Source: Hyaloraphidium curvatum SAG 235-1 (taxonomy: Eukaryota > Fungi > Monoblepharomycota). Taken from it: DNA of 64,000 bases. A program made the position numbers and the translations under genes. The stretch covers positions 186,001-250,000 of the forward strand of contig JAIVFI010000025.1 in NCBI GenBank assembly GCA_025558095.1, given 5' to 3'. Of the stretch, positions 1-10,341 are shown one piece after another. Each line of letters starts with the position of its first letter. Position 1 is the stretch's first letter. The notes beneath the pieces were generated by a model, which made no database searches, was not told where the DNA came from, and saw only the letters and a program-made list of their open reading frames with translations.

Positions 1-2393
1 CCGCTCGACACTGTTGGCCAGGTTGTCCAAAGCGAGCTGGAGGGTTTCCAATGCGTCTCGGGCGGCGGTGCTGGCGCTGGCGACAGCACTGTTTGCAGCC
101 GACATGTCGGCAGCGGGACCCGCGTCCATGGCATTGATCTGCAAAACCAGGTCCTCGGCAGCACGCTCTACCCTGAGAATCGCCGCCTGCACGGCGTCCG
201 GGGTGCCTGGCAGCACCTGATCCTCGGCGACACTGGATGCGAGCGCCGCAACGTCGGACCTCATGCGACCAAAGACGGCACCAAAGAGCGGGCGATTGCC
301 GAGGTTCTGCAGAGGAGCAAGAACCTGCCTGATGAGGTCCAACAGCTCCGTGACGGCCTCGCGCAGCTTCGCCTGGACTTTGTCCATGCCGTCGTTGACG
401 AAATCCACCGCCTTGTCCACCCCTGCGTCAATGGCAGCGTTGATCTCGTCGTTCTTTTCGCCGTTCAGGAGCTCCGACAGCTCTCGCACCGCAGCAGCGG
501 CCTTTTGCCAGCCCTCCTTTTGAACGAAGGGCAGCTGCAGTTGTGCGAGCAGCTCGTAGATCACTTCCACCGCGCTCTGACCCGCAGCGCATTGCAAGCG
601 CGCGGCGAAGATAGCGTTGACGTCCACGTTCGTGATGTTGATCCCGAGGAGCTGGTTCAGAGTAGGCAGGAGGGGCTCGAGCTTGTTGGCCCCGACCGCT
701 TGGCAGGTGGAAGCGATGGCAATGGCGACGGCAATGAACAAAACGGCGAAAATGAACCCAATGACACCAATAGTGAAGCTGGCGAGCAGGCAGTGGCCGA
801 CAAGTCGCGGGTTCCTCAGGTAAATTCCGACAAAGACGACAATCATCGCGACGACGGAGGCGATCAACATCAGGGATGCAAAAGCAAGGTTCACGGAGTC
901 CACTTTGCGCAGAAGAGAGATCAAGGCTTGCCACTGCTGGTCGCTGCGAGGCGGCAGGGGCATCGGTCAACGCGCTGATGCATGAAAGGCGCTAAGGACC
1001 CCCAACTTACACATTGCTCAGGAAGTTGAGCATCGGTGCAATGTCCTCGTTCCAGATCGTCTCGATCTTCTGAATGATGGCTCTGGCGGGCGGGGACAGG
1101 ATGCCCAAAACGTAGCGCGCAGCAGCCGCGGCCCCCCCTCGCAGCTTCTGGGCAAACGCCGTCCCGTTGTATCCGAGAAGAGCTTCCTCAGTTTCGTCGA
1201 GGATCTTCTCGACCTTGTCGACGAAAGTCTCAAGCTTGCCCGCTTCTGTAGCCGGATCCGAGTCGTCCGTGGCAAGAGCCTCCCCTTGGGCAGGAACGGC
1301 CAGGGGATTCCTCAGCTCGATGTTGATGGCATCGCGCACCCTGGACCCGACCGCGTCCGCGGCTGACGACAGAGCCCGCTTCGCAACCGCCTTGGGGCCG
1401 GAGGTCGCGTTCAGGATCCCGATCCGCTCCCGCACGGCCTGCAGCTTGTCCCGGGCGTCCGCCATGTTCTGGCCGGCCTGCTGCACCGCGGGCTCAATCG
1501 CAACCAGAGCCTCCTGGAGGGGAATGCGAGACATGGCCAGGTCAAACGCCTGATGGATCGTGGAGTTCAAATCCGAGAACACGTAGTTGCCAAAGGGCAG
1601 AATGCCGATCACTTTGAGGCCAGAGAGGGTGAAAAGATCATCAACTGCCGTGTTTGCAGTTTTCATTGATTCGCTGAACTTGACTGCACCGTCCATGAAG
1701 CAGATTGATGACCAGATCACGAATGCAACCGTGCAGAGGAGGATGAAGGAGGGGAGAAGGTGCCTCTTGGCCGAAAACGGCCTAGAAAAGTTGAGCGGCT
1801 TCTCCACGTAGCGCTTCACGAGCGCAGGGTGGATCTTGGCGCAGAAAACGATGCCGACAACGACGGTGATCAGCGCCAAGACGATCCAAATGATGCACAT
1901 GATGGCCGCCGGCTTGTAGACCTCCCAGACCGTCTGCGCATCGAGGACCTGCCCGGGCTCGATCGCCTGCTCTTTCACAAGAAGGTCGCGAAGCGCCGCC
2001 CCGGGGTTCGCAAGGTTGGGACCGGGAAACATAATGGCGATGTAGCTGAGGTTGTTGGCGAGCGCCGTCCGCTGCGCATCGGTCAACGGGGTATCGCCTG
2101 AGCCGTCGGCGAAGGGCGGGAGGTGAAGGTGGCGGGAGGTGAAGGGCGGGAGGTGAAAGTGGCGGGAGGTGACGGGAGGTGAAGGTGTGGGAGGTGAAGC
2201 GCCGGATCAGCGCAGGCGGCAGGAAGGCCAGTGTCAGTGTTTGCCCATGAGGCGAAGACGTTCTTGCGCAAGGCTCACTTCGAAAGGGCAGGTTCGTCGC
2301 CTCGAGGAAGGAAATTGCGATGTCGCTGCCGGCGGCGGCATCAGCACCGTCCTCCACACGTTTGCCCCGTCGTGGGACCCACAGCACGCCCAT
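1..2393 (-). CDS. Multi-pass membrane protein with prominin/tweety/Prm1-like topology; 3' end runs off the window
   Basis: Spliced model: exon from ATG 2393, intron 2278-2098 (GTGAGC..CAG), exon to 1011, intron 1010-944 (GTAAGT..CAG), then open to position 1. Joins read PFR|SDTPLTD and LSNV|DQQWQ. Two hydrophobic TM pairs (AAIMCIIWIVLALITVVVGIVFC / LLPSFILLCTVAFVIWSSICF and LAFASLMLIASVVAMIVVFVGIYL / LLASFTIGVIGFIFAVLFIAVAIAI) are each followed by a long helical loop. Confidence 0.7.
2111..2200 (+). repeat. G-rich minisatellite, six copies of GGGAGGTGA, inside an intron
   Basis: Read directly; lies within intron 2098-2278. Confidence 0.85.
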
Positions 2394-2628
2394 TGCGGCC
2401 TCGGTGGGACGGGCGGAACCGTCACGCGATGCGGTAGGGCTCTCTGGTGCGGGAAAGGTGGCGGAGTGCGAGCGCGGAATCAGTATCCGCGCCCTGGTCG
2501 GACGGCGGCTGCGAGGCGGCTGGACCCCTACTCAGCCCCCTTTGGGGATGGAAGCCCTGACAGGTGGCGGAGCCAAGCCTATCTCGCCATTCGTGCACTC
2601 AATCCCAGCTAAAAGAATCGGAAACGAC

Positions 2629-4575
2629 CTAGACGCGCGAATCCCATGTCGGCAGCACCCCATCTCTCCCCTCCGCGCCCGGCTCCTCGTGATCCTCCTC
2701 GTCGTCGTCGTCCTCATCTCCATCCTTGTTAGCGTCCGTCACCGCCGCCGTGGTCGGGTACTCCGCGACCGCGGTGGTGAATGCATGCGCCAGCGTCGGC
2801 CTGCGCACCGGGCGCTTCCGCTCCACACTCCCGGCATCCGGTTCCGCAGCGGCCGGCGCGCGATCGGCCAGCAGCGGGGTCCGTTCCGACGCCTCCGCCG
2901 GCGCCGGCGCCGCCTCCCCCTTGGCCTTGCTCGGATCGCGGCTCGAGAGCGGCACGTGCTTGATGCAGAACGAGAGCACCGAGGCGAGGAGCACGACGGG
3001 CACCAGTCCCAGAAAGACGCCCTGCAGCCCGCGCCTGTTGACCTCGAACATGCCCTCGCGGAGCTGCTCCATCTGCCCGGGCGTGATCTCGGGGTACTTT
3101 CCCCGCAGGTCCAGCACCGCGTCCAGCCCGCCCTGCTTGAACGCCGTGACGACGGCCTGCAGCGTCGCCTCGGGCCACGGAAACGACCTCAGTATGGGCG
3201 CGATCACGGGCTTGGTCGCGGCCGCGATCAGCTCGTTCATGACCGCGCCGAGCAGCGAGATCCCCGTGACCCCGCCCAGGCCCTGCACCGCAGACCGGGT
3301 GACCGTCGACGCCGCGAGGTCCGCGCGGGCGACGTTGCTCTGCATGGCCAGGGACATGGGCTGGGTGAGCACGCCCAGGCCGACGCCCGTGGCGACCTGG
3401 AAGCCCAGGACCTCGGCCAGGGGCGAGGCGCGGGAGAGGGTGGAGAGGAGGTACACGCCGCCGGCGACGACGAGGAGGCCGGCGGTGTTGAGGGCGACGT
3501 AGATGCCCGTGCGGGTGATGAACATGCCGGCAGCGATGGTGGTGAAGATCATCGTGAGCCGCATGGGGATGCTGTGGGTTCCGCTGCTGATCGGATCGTC
3601 GCCCCATACGGTCTGAAGGAAAAATGGCATGAAGAAGGGCAAGGATTGGACGGACATACCGCCGAGGAAGGAGTTTGCGACGACGAGCGCCACGTTGCGG
3701 TTTTTGAAGATGTGCAGCGGGATGAGCGGGTTGGCCGTCCTGGACTCCCAAAAGACAAAGGCCGCGATCCCCAGGAACACGAGCGAAAACGCGACCGCCG
3801 TCTGCCACGATGCCCACTCCCACAGCTCGCCGCTGAACTGGAGCGACAGCAGAAGGAGCGAGGTCGTCGACGCCCAGAGCACCGAGCCGAAGTAGTCGAT
3901 CTTGGAGAAGCTGGGCGGCTCCTTGTCCGGCTTGGCCACGTACGTCTCCTTGAGGAAGAAAACGAAGCCCAGGAGCGCGACGGCGCCCAGGCCCGCGGAA
4001 ACGTGGAAGAGAGACCTCCAATCGTAGTTCTGGGTCAGCCAGCCGCCGATCAGCGGGCCCACGACCGACGAGACCATCATCGTGAGCGAGAATAGAGTCT
4101 GGTAAGTCGGCCTCTCGCGCGGCGGCAGGAGCTCCGAGAGGATGACCAGCTGCAGCGCTTGGAGCATGCCGCCCCCCAGTCCCTGGAGCGTGCGGCCGGC
4201 CACGAGCGCGCCGAACGACGGTGCCAGCCCGCAGAGCAGGGAGAAGGCGGTGAAAATGACCATGCCCGTGGCGATGGTCGCGCGGCGGCCCGTCACGTCC
4301 GAGACGGCGACCCAGAGCGGCTGGAAGCTCGTCACGCTGAGGCTGAACCCCGTTACGACCCATGATATGGATTCCTCGGCGTCCAGCTGCGATGCGATCC
4401 GAGGTAGCGACGTCATTATCATGTTCTGCGTGAGGCCGTTGGCGAGCGAGGAGAAGCAGAGGGAGACAATGGAGAGCATGACGGGACGCGTCATGCGGAA
4501 CCGTTCCGAGTCCAGGGTCTTGCGACGCGACAGCTGCCCGCGGCCATTGCTCGCGGGCGTCGCCGCATCGCCCAT
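2629..4575 (-). CDS. MFS transporter, DHA2 (14-TM drug:H+ antiporter) family
   Basis: Intronless ORF with TSLPRIASQL, motif A (SDVTGRR), GRTLQGLGGG, GPLIGGWLTQNYDWRSLF and PLIPLHIFKNRN. Probable ATG 4575. Confidence 0.92.
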   Translation of the reverse strand: MGDAATPASNGRGQLSRRKTLDSERFRMTRPVMLSIVSLCFSSLANGLTQNMIMTSLPRIASQLDAEESISWVVTGFSLSVTSFQPLWVAVSDVTGRRATIATGMVIFTAFSLLCGLAPSFGALVAGRTLQGLGGGMLQALQLVILSELLPPRERPTYQTLFSLTMMVSSVVGPLIGGWLTQNYDWRSLFHVSAGLGAVALLGFVFFLKETYVAKPDKEPPSFSKIDYFGSVLWASTTSLLLLSLQFSGELWEWASWQTAVAFSLVFLGIAAFVFWESRTANPLIPLHIFKNRNVALVVANSFLGGMSVQSLPFFMPFFLQTVWGDDPISSGTHSIPMRLTMIFTTIAAGMFITRTGIYVALNTAGLLVVAGGVYLLSTLSRASPLAEVLGFQVATGVGLGVLTQPMSLAMQSNVARADLAASTVTRSAVQGLGGVTGISLLGAVMNELIAAATKPVIAPILRSFPWPEATLQAVVTAFKQGGLDAVLDLRGKYPEITPGQMEQLREGMFEVNRRGLQGVFLGLVPVVLLASVLSFCIKHVPLSSRDPSKAKGEAAPAPAEASERTPLLADRAPAAAEPDAGSVERKRPVRRPTLAHAFTTAVAEYPTTAAVTDANKDGDEDDDDEEDHEEPGAEGRDGVLPTWDSRV

Positions 4576-4688
4576 CGTTCGGTCCGTCAATTAGAATGAT
4601 GATTCGTGGCGTCAAGCCCTTGCTTTACGCGAGTTCGCTCGGAGGCAGGGAACGTAATTCATTTCTTGATCCCTCGTCGCTCGCACGG

Positions 4689-6437
4689 ATGCGGACGAAT
4701 CAGGTCTGCATGCTTGTCCTCGCGGGGCTCCTCGCGGTGCTCTTCCTCCCGGGGAGCCCCCCGCCGGCCCCTCGCGCGCCGCATCTCGAGGACCTCCCGC
4801 CACGCGCGTCGATTCCGCCGCCGCCTTCTCCTGCACCTCCTGCACCTCCCCCGCCGCCTCCGCCTTCTCCGCCGCCTCCGCCTTCTCCGCCCCCTCCGCC
4901 GCCTCCGCCTTCTCCGCCCTCTCCGAATCCTTCCCCGCCCCCGCTACCCCCGCCTCCCCCGCCCGAGCCCGAGACCCGCGCGCAGGAGGTCGCGCGCATC
5001 GACGACGAGCAGGCCGCCGCCCGCGGAGCCCGCCGCGCATTCTCCGAGGGCTCCAAGCCCGTGATCCGCTGGGTCAAGGGCGTCTCGACCAACGACGACA
5101 ACGTGACGCGGGCCGCGATCGGCCAGGCCACGCGGCTGTTCGGCGCCTCGGTCGATTACTGCCTGCTCACGACTCCCGGCGTGTCGGCCGAGCGCGCGCG
5201 TGCGATTCTGGAGTGGTCGACCGAGCCGGTCGAATGGTGGCCGGTCGACGAGGGCGACAACCCCCAGCTGGGGAAGCGGCTGCGCGCCGCGGACTGCCCG
5301 CCGCCCGATTGCTTCGGTTATTGGTGGAAATGGTTCCCGGAGCGCGTGCGGCCCGGCGCGCCGGAGCTGAACCTCGACGGGGACATGGTGATCACGGCCA
5401 AGGCGCCCTTCTTCGACGACTGGGCGGCCGGCAAGGACCGCCTCAGGGTGACGTCGGACGACAACTGGCCGCTCAAGGACATGTACGGCTCGTACGTGGA
5501 CCGGATCAACGAGACCCTTCGGCTCTATTCGGGCGCCATCTGGGTCCCGCCCAACCTGCGCTACATGCACCTCTTGCTGGACGTCCTGGATACGTATCCC
5601 CTGAAGCGCCCCCACAACGGGACCAAGGACCTGGACGAGCAGGGCGTGGTCGCGATCGCGCTCGCCAGGCTGGACCCCATCCCCATCCCCCTCTCGCAGT
5701 TCCCGTTCGGCCGCTCTTTCCTCCCGAACCTCGAGTACGGCCTTCGCGGGGACCGCGGCGAGGCATGGGGCTACCATTTCGGCAGGGCATACGAGACGCC
5801 CAACCACCACTTCGCGAACCTCTCGGCGGCGGGCACCGTGCTCCGCCTGGACGCGCGGCCGTCGCCCGCGGAGCGGACGCGGTGGCTCGGGGGGCTGGGA
5901 CAGTGGGGAGTTCCCGGCTGGGGAATGCCGGTCGAGATGACCGCCTTGATCGGGGAGCTGGCGGAGAAGTGGAAGGGGCAGAGGGTGCTGGAGCTGGGCA
6001 CTTCGAGGGGCAAGCAAACAGCGGTGCTGGCGCAGCTCGGCTTGAAGGTGACGACGGTCGACCGGCACGACAGGGGTGCGAAGAAGAACCTCGAGGGGCT
6101 CGGGGTGAACGTGGTGCTGGGCGTCGCGGCCGAGTTCCTGGCATCCACTGCGGAAAGGTGGCCGCTCGTCATCGTGGACGTGCACGGCAACGGACCCAAG
6201 GAGTGGAAGCTCCACGGGCCGCTGATCGAGAGGGTGCTCGAGCCCGGAGGGACGGTGCTGGCGAGCAACGCGGCGCTGTACAAGATCAAGGACTGGGAGG
6301 CGGAGAACGGGGTGAAGATGTGGCTGGAGGGGCTGCCCAAGGACTGGAAGTACGAGGTCAGGGAGCAGCCTGTTCCTGGGCTCGCGATCGTCACCAAGCC
6401 GGGCGGGGACGCAAGCACGGCCGGCGGGGCGGCGTGA
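4689..6437 (+). CDS. Type II membrane protein: Pro-rich stalk, GT-A-like glycosyltransferase domain, class I SAM methyltransferase
   Basis: N-terminal anchor (MLVLAGLLAVLFL) and poly-Pro stalk; DxD motif (LNLDGDMVI) and DEQG; C-terminal VLELGTSRG..VTTVD..LVIVDVHG..LEPGG, typical of Methyltransf_24-like domains. Confidence 0.75.
   Translation: MRTNQVCMLVLAGLLAVLFLPGSPPPAPRAPHLEDLPPRASIPPPPSPAPPAPPPPPPPSPPPPPSPPPPPPPPSPPSPNPSPPPLPPPPPPEPETRAQEVARIDDEQAAARGARRAFSEGSKPVIRWVKGVSTNDDNVTRAAIGQATRLFGASVDYCLLTTPGVSAERARAILEWSTEPVEWWPVDEGDNPQLGKRLRAADCPPPDCFGYWWKWFPERVRPGAPELNLDGDMVITAKAPFFDDWAAGKDRLRVTSDDNWPLKDMYGSYVDRINETLRLYSGAIWVPPNLRYMHLLLDVLDTYPLKRPHNGTKDLDEQGVVAIALARLDPIPIPLSQFPFGRSFLPNLEYGLRGDRGEAWGYHFGRAYETPNHHFANLSAAGTVLRLDARPSPAERTRWLGGLGQWGVPGWGMPVEMTALIGELAEKWKGQRVLELGTSRGKQTAVLAQLGLKVTTVDRHDRGAKKNLEGLGVNVVLGVAAEFLASTAERWPLVIVDVHGNGPKEWKLHGPLIERVLEPGGTVLASNAALYKIKDWEAENGVKMWLEGLPKDWKYEVREQPVPGLAIVTKPGGDASTAGGAA
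4810..4965 (+). repeat. Low-complexity CCG/CCT repeat encoding an extensin-like SPPPP stalk
   Basis: Translates as PPPPSPAPPAPPPPPPPSPPPPPSPPPP. Confidence 0.85.
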
Positions 6438-6570
6438 GGCGCGATGACGACTGGACTCGAGGTGACTCGATCACTGTGTCTCGCGCTGCCTCGAAACTCC
6501 GGTTGTCCGCCTCGAAACCGAACCCGAATCCGTTTGCCGACGTAGAACAGCGCCTTGACGCGCGGAAACG

Positions 6571-7424
6571 ATGTCTGTCTCGCGGCCCGCGGCGCCCGCG
6601 GCCCGTGCCAACCTCCTCGCCCTCCAAAGGTATATCAAGCCCGAGCCCGGCCTCGAGAACGTCGCCCCGCGCGTCAAGCAGGAGCCCGGGATAAAGGCCG
6701 AGCCCGGCGTCCGGATCAAGCCTGAGCCGCGCGGCGATGCCCCCCCCGTGAAGCCGGAACCGCGCCGGGGCGGCGGTCCCGGCCCCATTCGCGCGACCCA
6801 ACTCTCGCTAGAGGCGAATGGTTATCGTGCCGAGGCGCGGCCGCCTCCTCTTGCGCCCAAGGCGAGCAGGAAGGTGGAGCCGTACGGGCAGAAGCCGCCA
6901 AAGAAGAAGCCGAGCGCACCGCGGCCCCCAAGGCCACCTTCGTGGGCCACCTTTCCCGCCGAATCCGGACCCTCCTGATCGATCTCTCTCTCTACCGCAG
7001 GGCATACAACATCTACGTCCGCGACATCCTGCCCAAGATCAAGGCAGCCAACCCCACATTCACGCACCAAGAGGCGTTCAGGGTGGCGGCAGCCAACTGG
7101 ACCAAGTCGCCCCTGAATCCCGCCAATGCGCACCTGGCCGCCGCACCAGCCGCAGCGGACGACTGGGCACCCGAACCGGAGGCACAGGATGGGATCGGGG
7201 CCGCGGAGATGGAAACGGTGGACCTGACGAGCGACGGTCCGTCGATGGAGGAGGCGGGGTACGTGAAGGAGGAACTTTCCGCAGTTTCCGAGATTGTGAA
7301 GGACGAGCCGGTCGTGAAGGATGAGCCTGCAGTGAAGGACGAGGTCGCAGCGGAGGGAGAGACCGCTTCGGAGCCCGACCGGAAGCCCGAGGTGGAGGCT
7401 GAGGGCGGCGCCGAGAGCGAGTGA
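6571..7424 (+). CDS. YABBY-type (HMG-box-like) DNA-binding protein
   Basis: Intron 6942-7000 joins RPPS|AYNIYVRDILPKIKAANPTFTHQEAFRVAAANWTKSP, matching the YABBY C-terminal consensus. Acidic tail. Confidence 0.85.
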
Positions 7425-8088
7425 AGCAGACGGCAGACGCGTGCTCGTGCGCGGCTAGCTTGCTTATGGGATGGCGGCGTGTATGGGGTCTCGCAGGTGG
7501 CATCCGATCGGGGGCGATTGTGTGCCACCGGGAAAGTGCCTATAACGGACGCTGTCTTCCCCACGATCAGACCCTCGCATAGTGCGACTGTATCCTTGGG
7601 CTCCCCGGCTGTCAACTCGGAAGTGCATCGGGACATTGCTTCGGCTGTCCGACCACTCGATTCCCAATGTGGCGCACCTGTGAGGCAGGTGACTGCGTAG
7701 CACCGATTTGTGGGGCCAGACGCGGCTGATTCGGGAGTTCACGATGTTTCATTTGGTTTCCGGCGTTTTGAAGACCCGTACCGCCGCTGATGTGCTCATG
7801 GGGAATGTCGCGAGGGGTGCGATCGGGGTCCCCCGGCCGATCCTGCGCAACTGTCCGCAGGGGCCCCGACATCATGCCCACGCTACTTGCGGGGCCGCCC
7901 GCGCGGCCGCCCGGCTTCCGGGCCGGATGCCAGCGGCACATCGCAAAGCCAGCGCCTTGGCCACGGCGCCTCAACTCGGTTGAATCGGGTGCCGTTGCGC
8001 TGGGCCATCCCAAGAAAAAAAAAACACCAGCCCACCCCCTAGGTCCCCGTGGTGCCCGGACGTCATCTCCACGCATCGCGCCGCGACG

Positions 8089-10069
8089 ATGGCCGGATCG
8101 CGCCGCCGACACCTCCCGAAGGCCGCATGGCTGCTGGCCGCGGCTGCCGGCGCGCTGTGGGCCGTCCCGCACGGCGCCGCCGCGGTGTCCCTGTTCGGCA
8201 GCGCCGAGCCCGCCGACATCTTCTCCTTCCAATCGGCGGACCTGCCCACCATCACTGAAAGCATGAAACACGACAACGACGTGGAGCAGAGCAACCTGAC
8301 GCTCGCCCACTCGCCGTACCGCCGCTACCGGCGGGGCCCGGCCCGCAACTGGGGTGTCAGCCTCGGCGGCGCCTCCGACGTTCCGGTGGGCACCGCGGAT
8401 CGCAATGTGCTTCGTTTGTCTTGCATGTCTGATCGACGCCCGTTCCACCGTGTCGATCGCGCGGCCGCCGGGCGGTGCCTGAACCTTCTCCCATGCCGTT
8501 GCGTTGCCGTAATGCCGACGCCCTTGCGCCGCCTCGCCGCAACAGAACACGATGCAGAACCCGGCCTACCACGTGTTCCCGGACAGCCACCTCACGGTGA
8601 TCGATTCGCCCGACGGATGGGTGCACTTTGTGAGGCCGGCCAGCAGCATGCCGCGGGGAGAGAACTGACTCGCTCGCGCAGTGGTCCGAGTGTGAAAACT
8701 ACCGGACGGTCGCATCGGACCGCTGGCTCGACGCTCCAGGATACCAAGTTCCCTACACGCCATACCCTCAGGTGAGGGCGAGGGCTGTCTCGGCCGTTTC
8801 TTGTCCAAATTCTAAGCTGAGGCACTTCGCAATCCACCTCCAGATCTATTTCGGAGGGCGCAGGGACTACCGCGGCTATGACAACGGTGGGGGGATTGGG
8901 GATAGCTTGTGAGATTTATGCTAAAGTCGTAGAAGGCGGGAAGTGGTTGATGGCAGTTCACCGGCACCCCACGGATGGCAACCCACGGGTGAGCTGAGGC
9001 GGTGCCTGCATTGCGGAGTTTCTCATCCGCACCCACACAGCACTACATCGGCTTTTACCACGCCGAAGATGGCTACTGGCCTAGATACCCCGCCGGCGGC
9101 CCCGCATGGAAGTCAGTCGGCCTCGTGCACTCCTGGGACGCCGTGAGTTGTTTGCGGGCTGGCAGGAACATTCGCGCTTACGCTTCGGCGGCAGGGCATC
9201 ACCTGGCAGCACATGGGCCAGATCGTGAGCAGCCCGATCGGCAGGCCGCACGACGACAACGCCCACTTTGGCGGTATAGGAAACCAGATTGTCACCTGTG
9301 TGTAATGCGCCGATTACGGTGATTCTGTTTGTGCTGACCGCTCGCGGCCCACAGGGGACAAGGGCAGCAACCGCTGGATCATGGTGCGCAGTTCTGAGAA
9401 TGAATGCTCCTCTCGTGCTCACCGCCTTCCTCAGATCTTTGCTGAGCACCAGCTGGGTGCTGCCGTCAGCTACGACCCGAACGGGTACCCCAACACCTGG
9501 TGCGTGCTCTGCACGCCCTGTTCTGCAAGACTAAATCCCGCCCCCGGCCCCCGTCACGCAGGTTCAAGTGGTCTGGCGACGGCTTCAACTCGCCCGGCCT
9601 CGGCGGGCGATACGTCCCCCTTCCCGGACTCGACTGGGTGAGTACATCGAGAGTGTGATTTGGCACTTCAGTCACGAACCTCAATCTCGTCCCTTCCATG
9701 CCATGATGAATCAGGTGCCCGGCTCCAACCCCTCGCTGCACTGGAACGTCCTGCTCGAGAAATGGATCATCATCTACAACTCCTGGGACAATTGCCTGCA
9801 CATTTCGGCGTCGGACGACTCGATCCACTGGGAGGGCGTGCGCACGCTGACCTGCTCCATGGACGGCACCCGGGCGTGGTACGCCTCCATCATCGGCCCC
9901 GAGGGCTCGTCCTTCTGGAGCGGCAACTGGATGAGACTTTATTATGCCGAGTGAGCAAAGAAGGCCGGACGTTTTGATTCGGGCTGATCGTTGCCCCCGC
10001 AGCCGCTTCGCCTGGCCCGACATCCGCAGGCTAGTTCAGCGACAAATGAACGTCTGGCGGGGTGATTGA
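8089..10069 (+). CDS. Secreted beta-propeller protein, glycoside-hydrolase-like (GH43/GH32-like fold); about 10 introns
   Basis: Signal peptide. Spliced exons give FPDSHLTVI, YDNGGKWLMAV, YIGFYHAED, Asp-box SWDA|GITW, GGIGN, W|FKWSGDGFNSPGLGG, NPSLHWN and SASDDSIHW. Stop TGA 10067-10069. One junction near 8620-8680 is uncertain. Confidence 0.65.
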
Positions 10070-10341
10070 AGGCTCCTATTATTCCTACGTCGTCTTTCCT
10101 CCTTCGCCTCTTCATCTCTGGCACCTTTTGACTAGTTCGCGCTAAAGTGGCTTTTGGGAAACAAGAGAGTTGTTGTACAGTAGCCGGGCAATGATATCAC
10201 GTAGTGCGCTGCACCTTGATGGGACGAGTTCTGATGCTGCATGACACACGAGCTTCGATGCGGCCGCGGGCGCCCCTCTGTCGAGGGGTGGCGCCGCCTG
10301 TAAACAACAACACGCTTCACTTCCGAACGTCCCACGCTGCG

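Noticed and set aside
2111-2200. Interstitial telomeric repeat
   Set aside because: The unit is not TTAGGG-like and the spacing is irregular.
2320-4615. Long alternative ORFs over the MFS gene, and similar ones such as 16871-19483, 25384-27312 and 46078-47637
   Set aside because: Antisense or out-of-frame shadows caused by high GC3; Arg/Pro/Gly-rich with no motifs.
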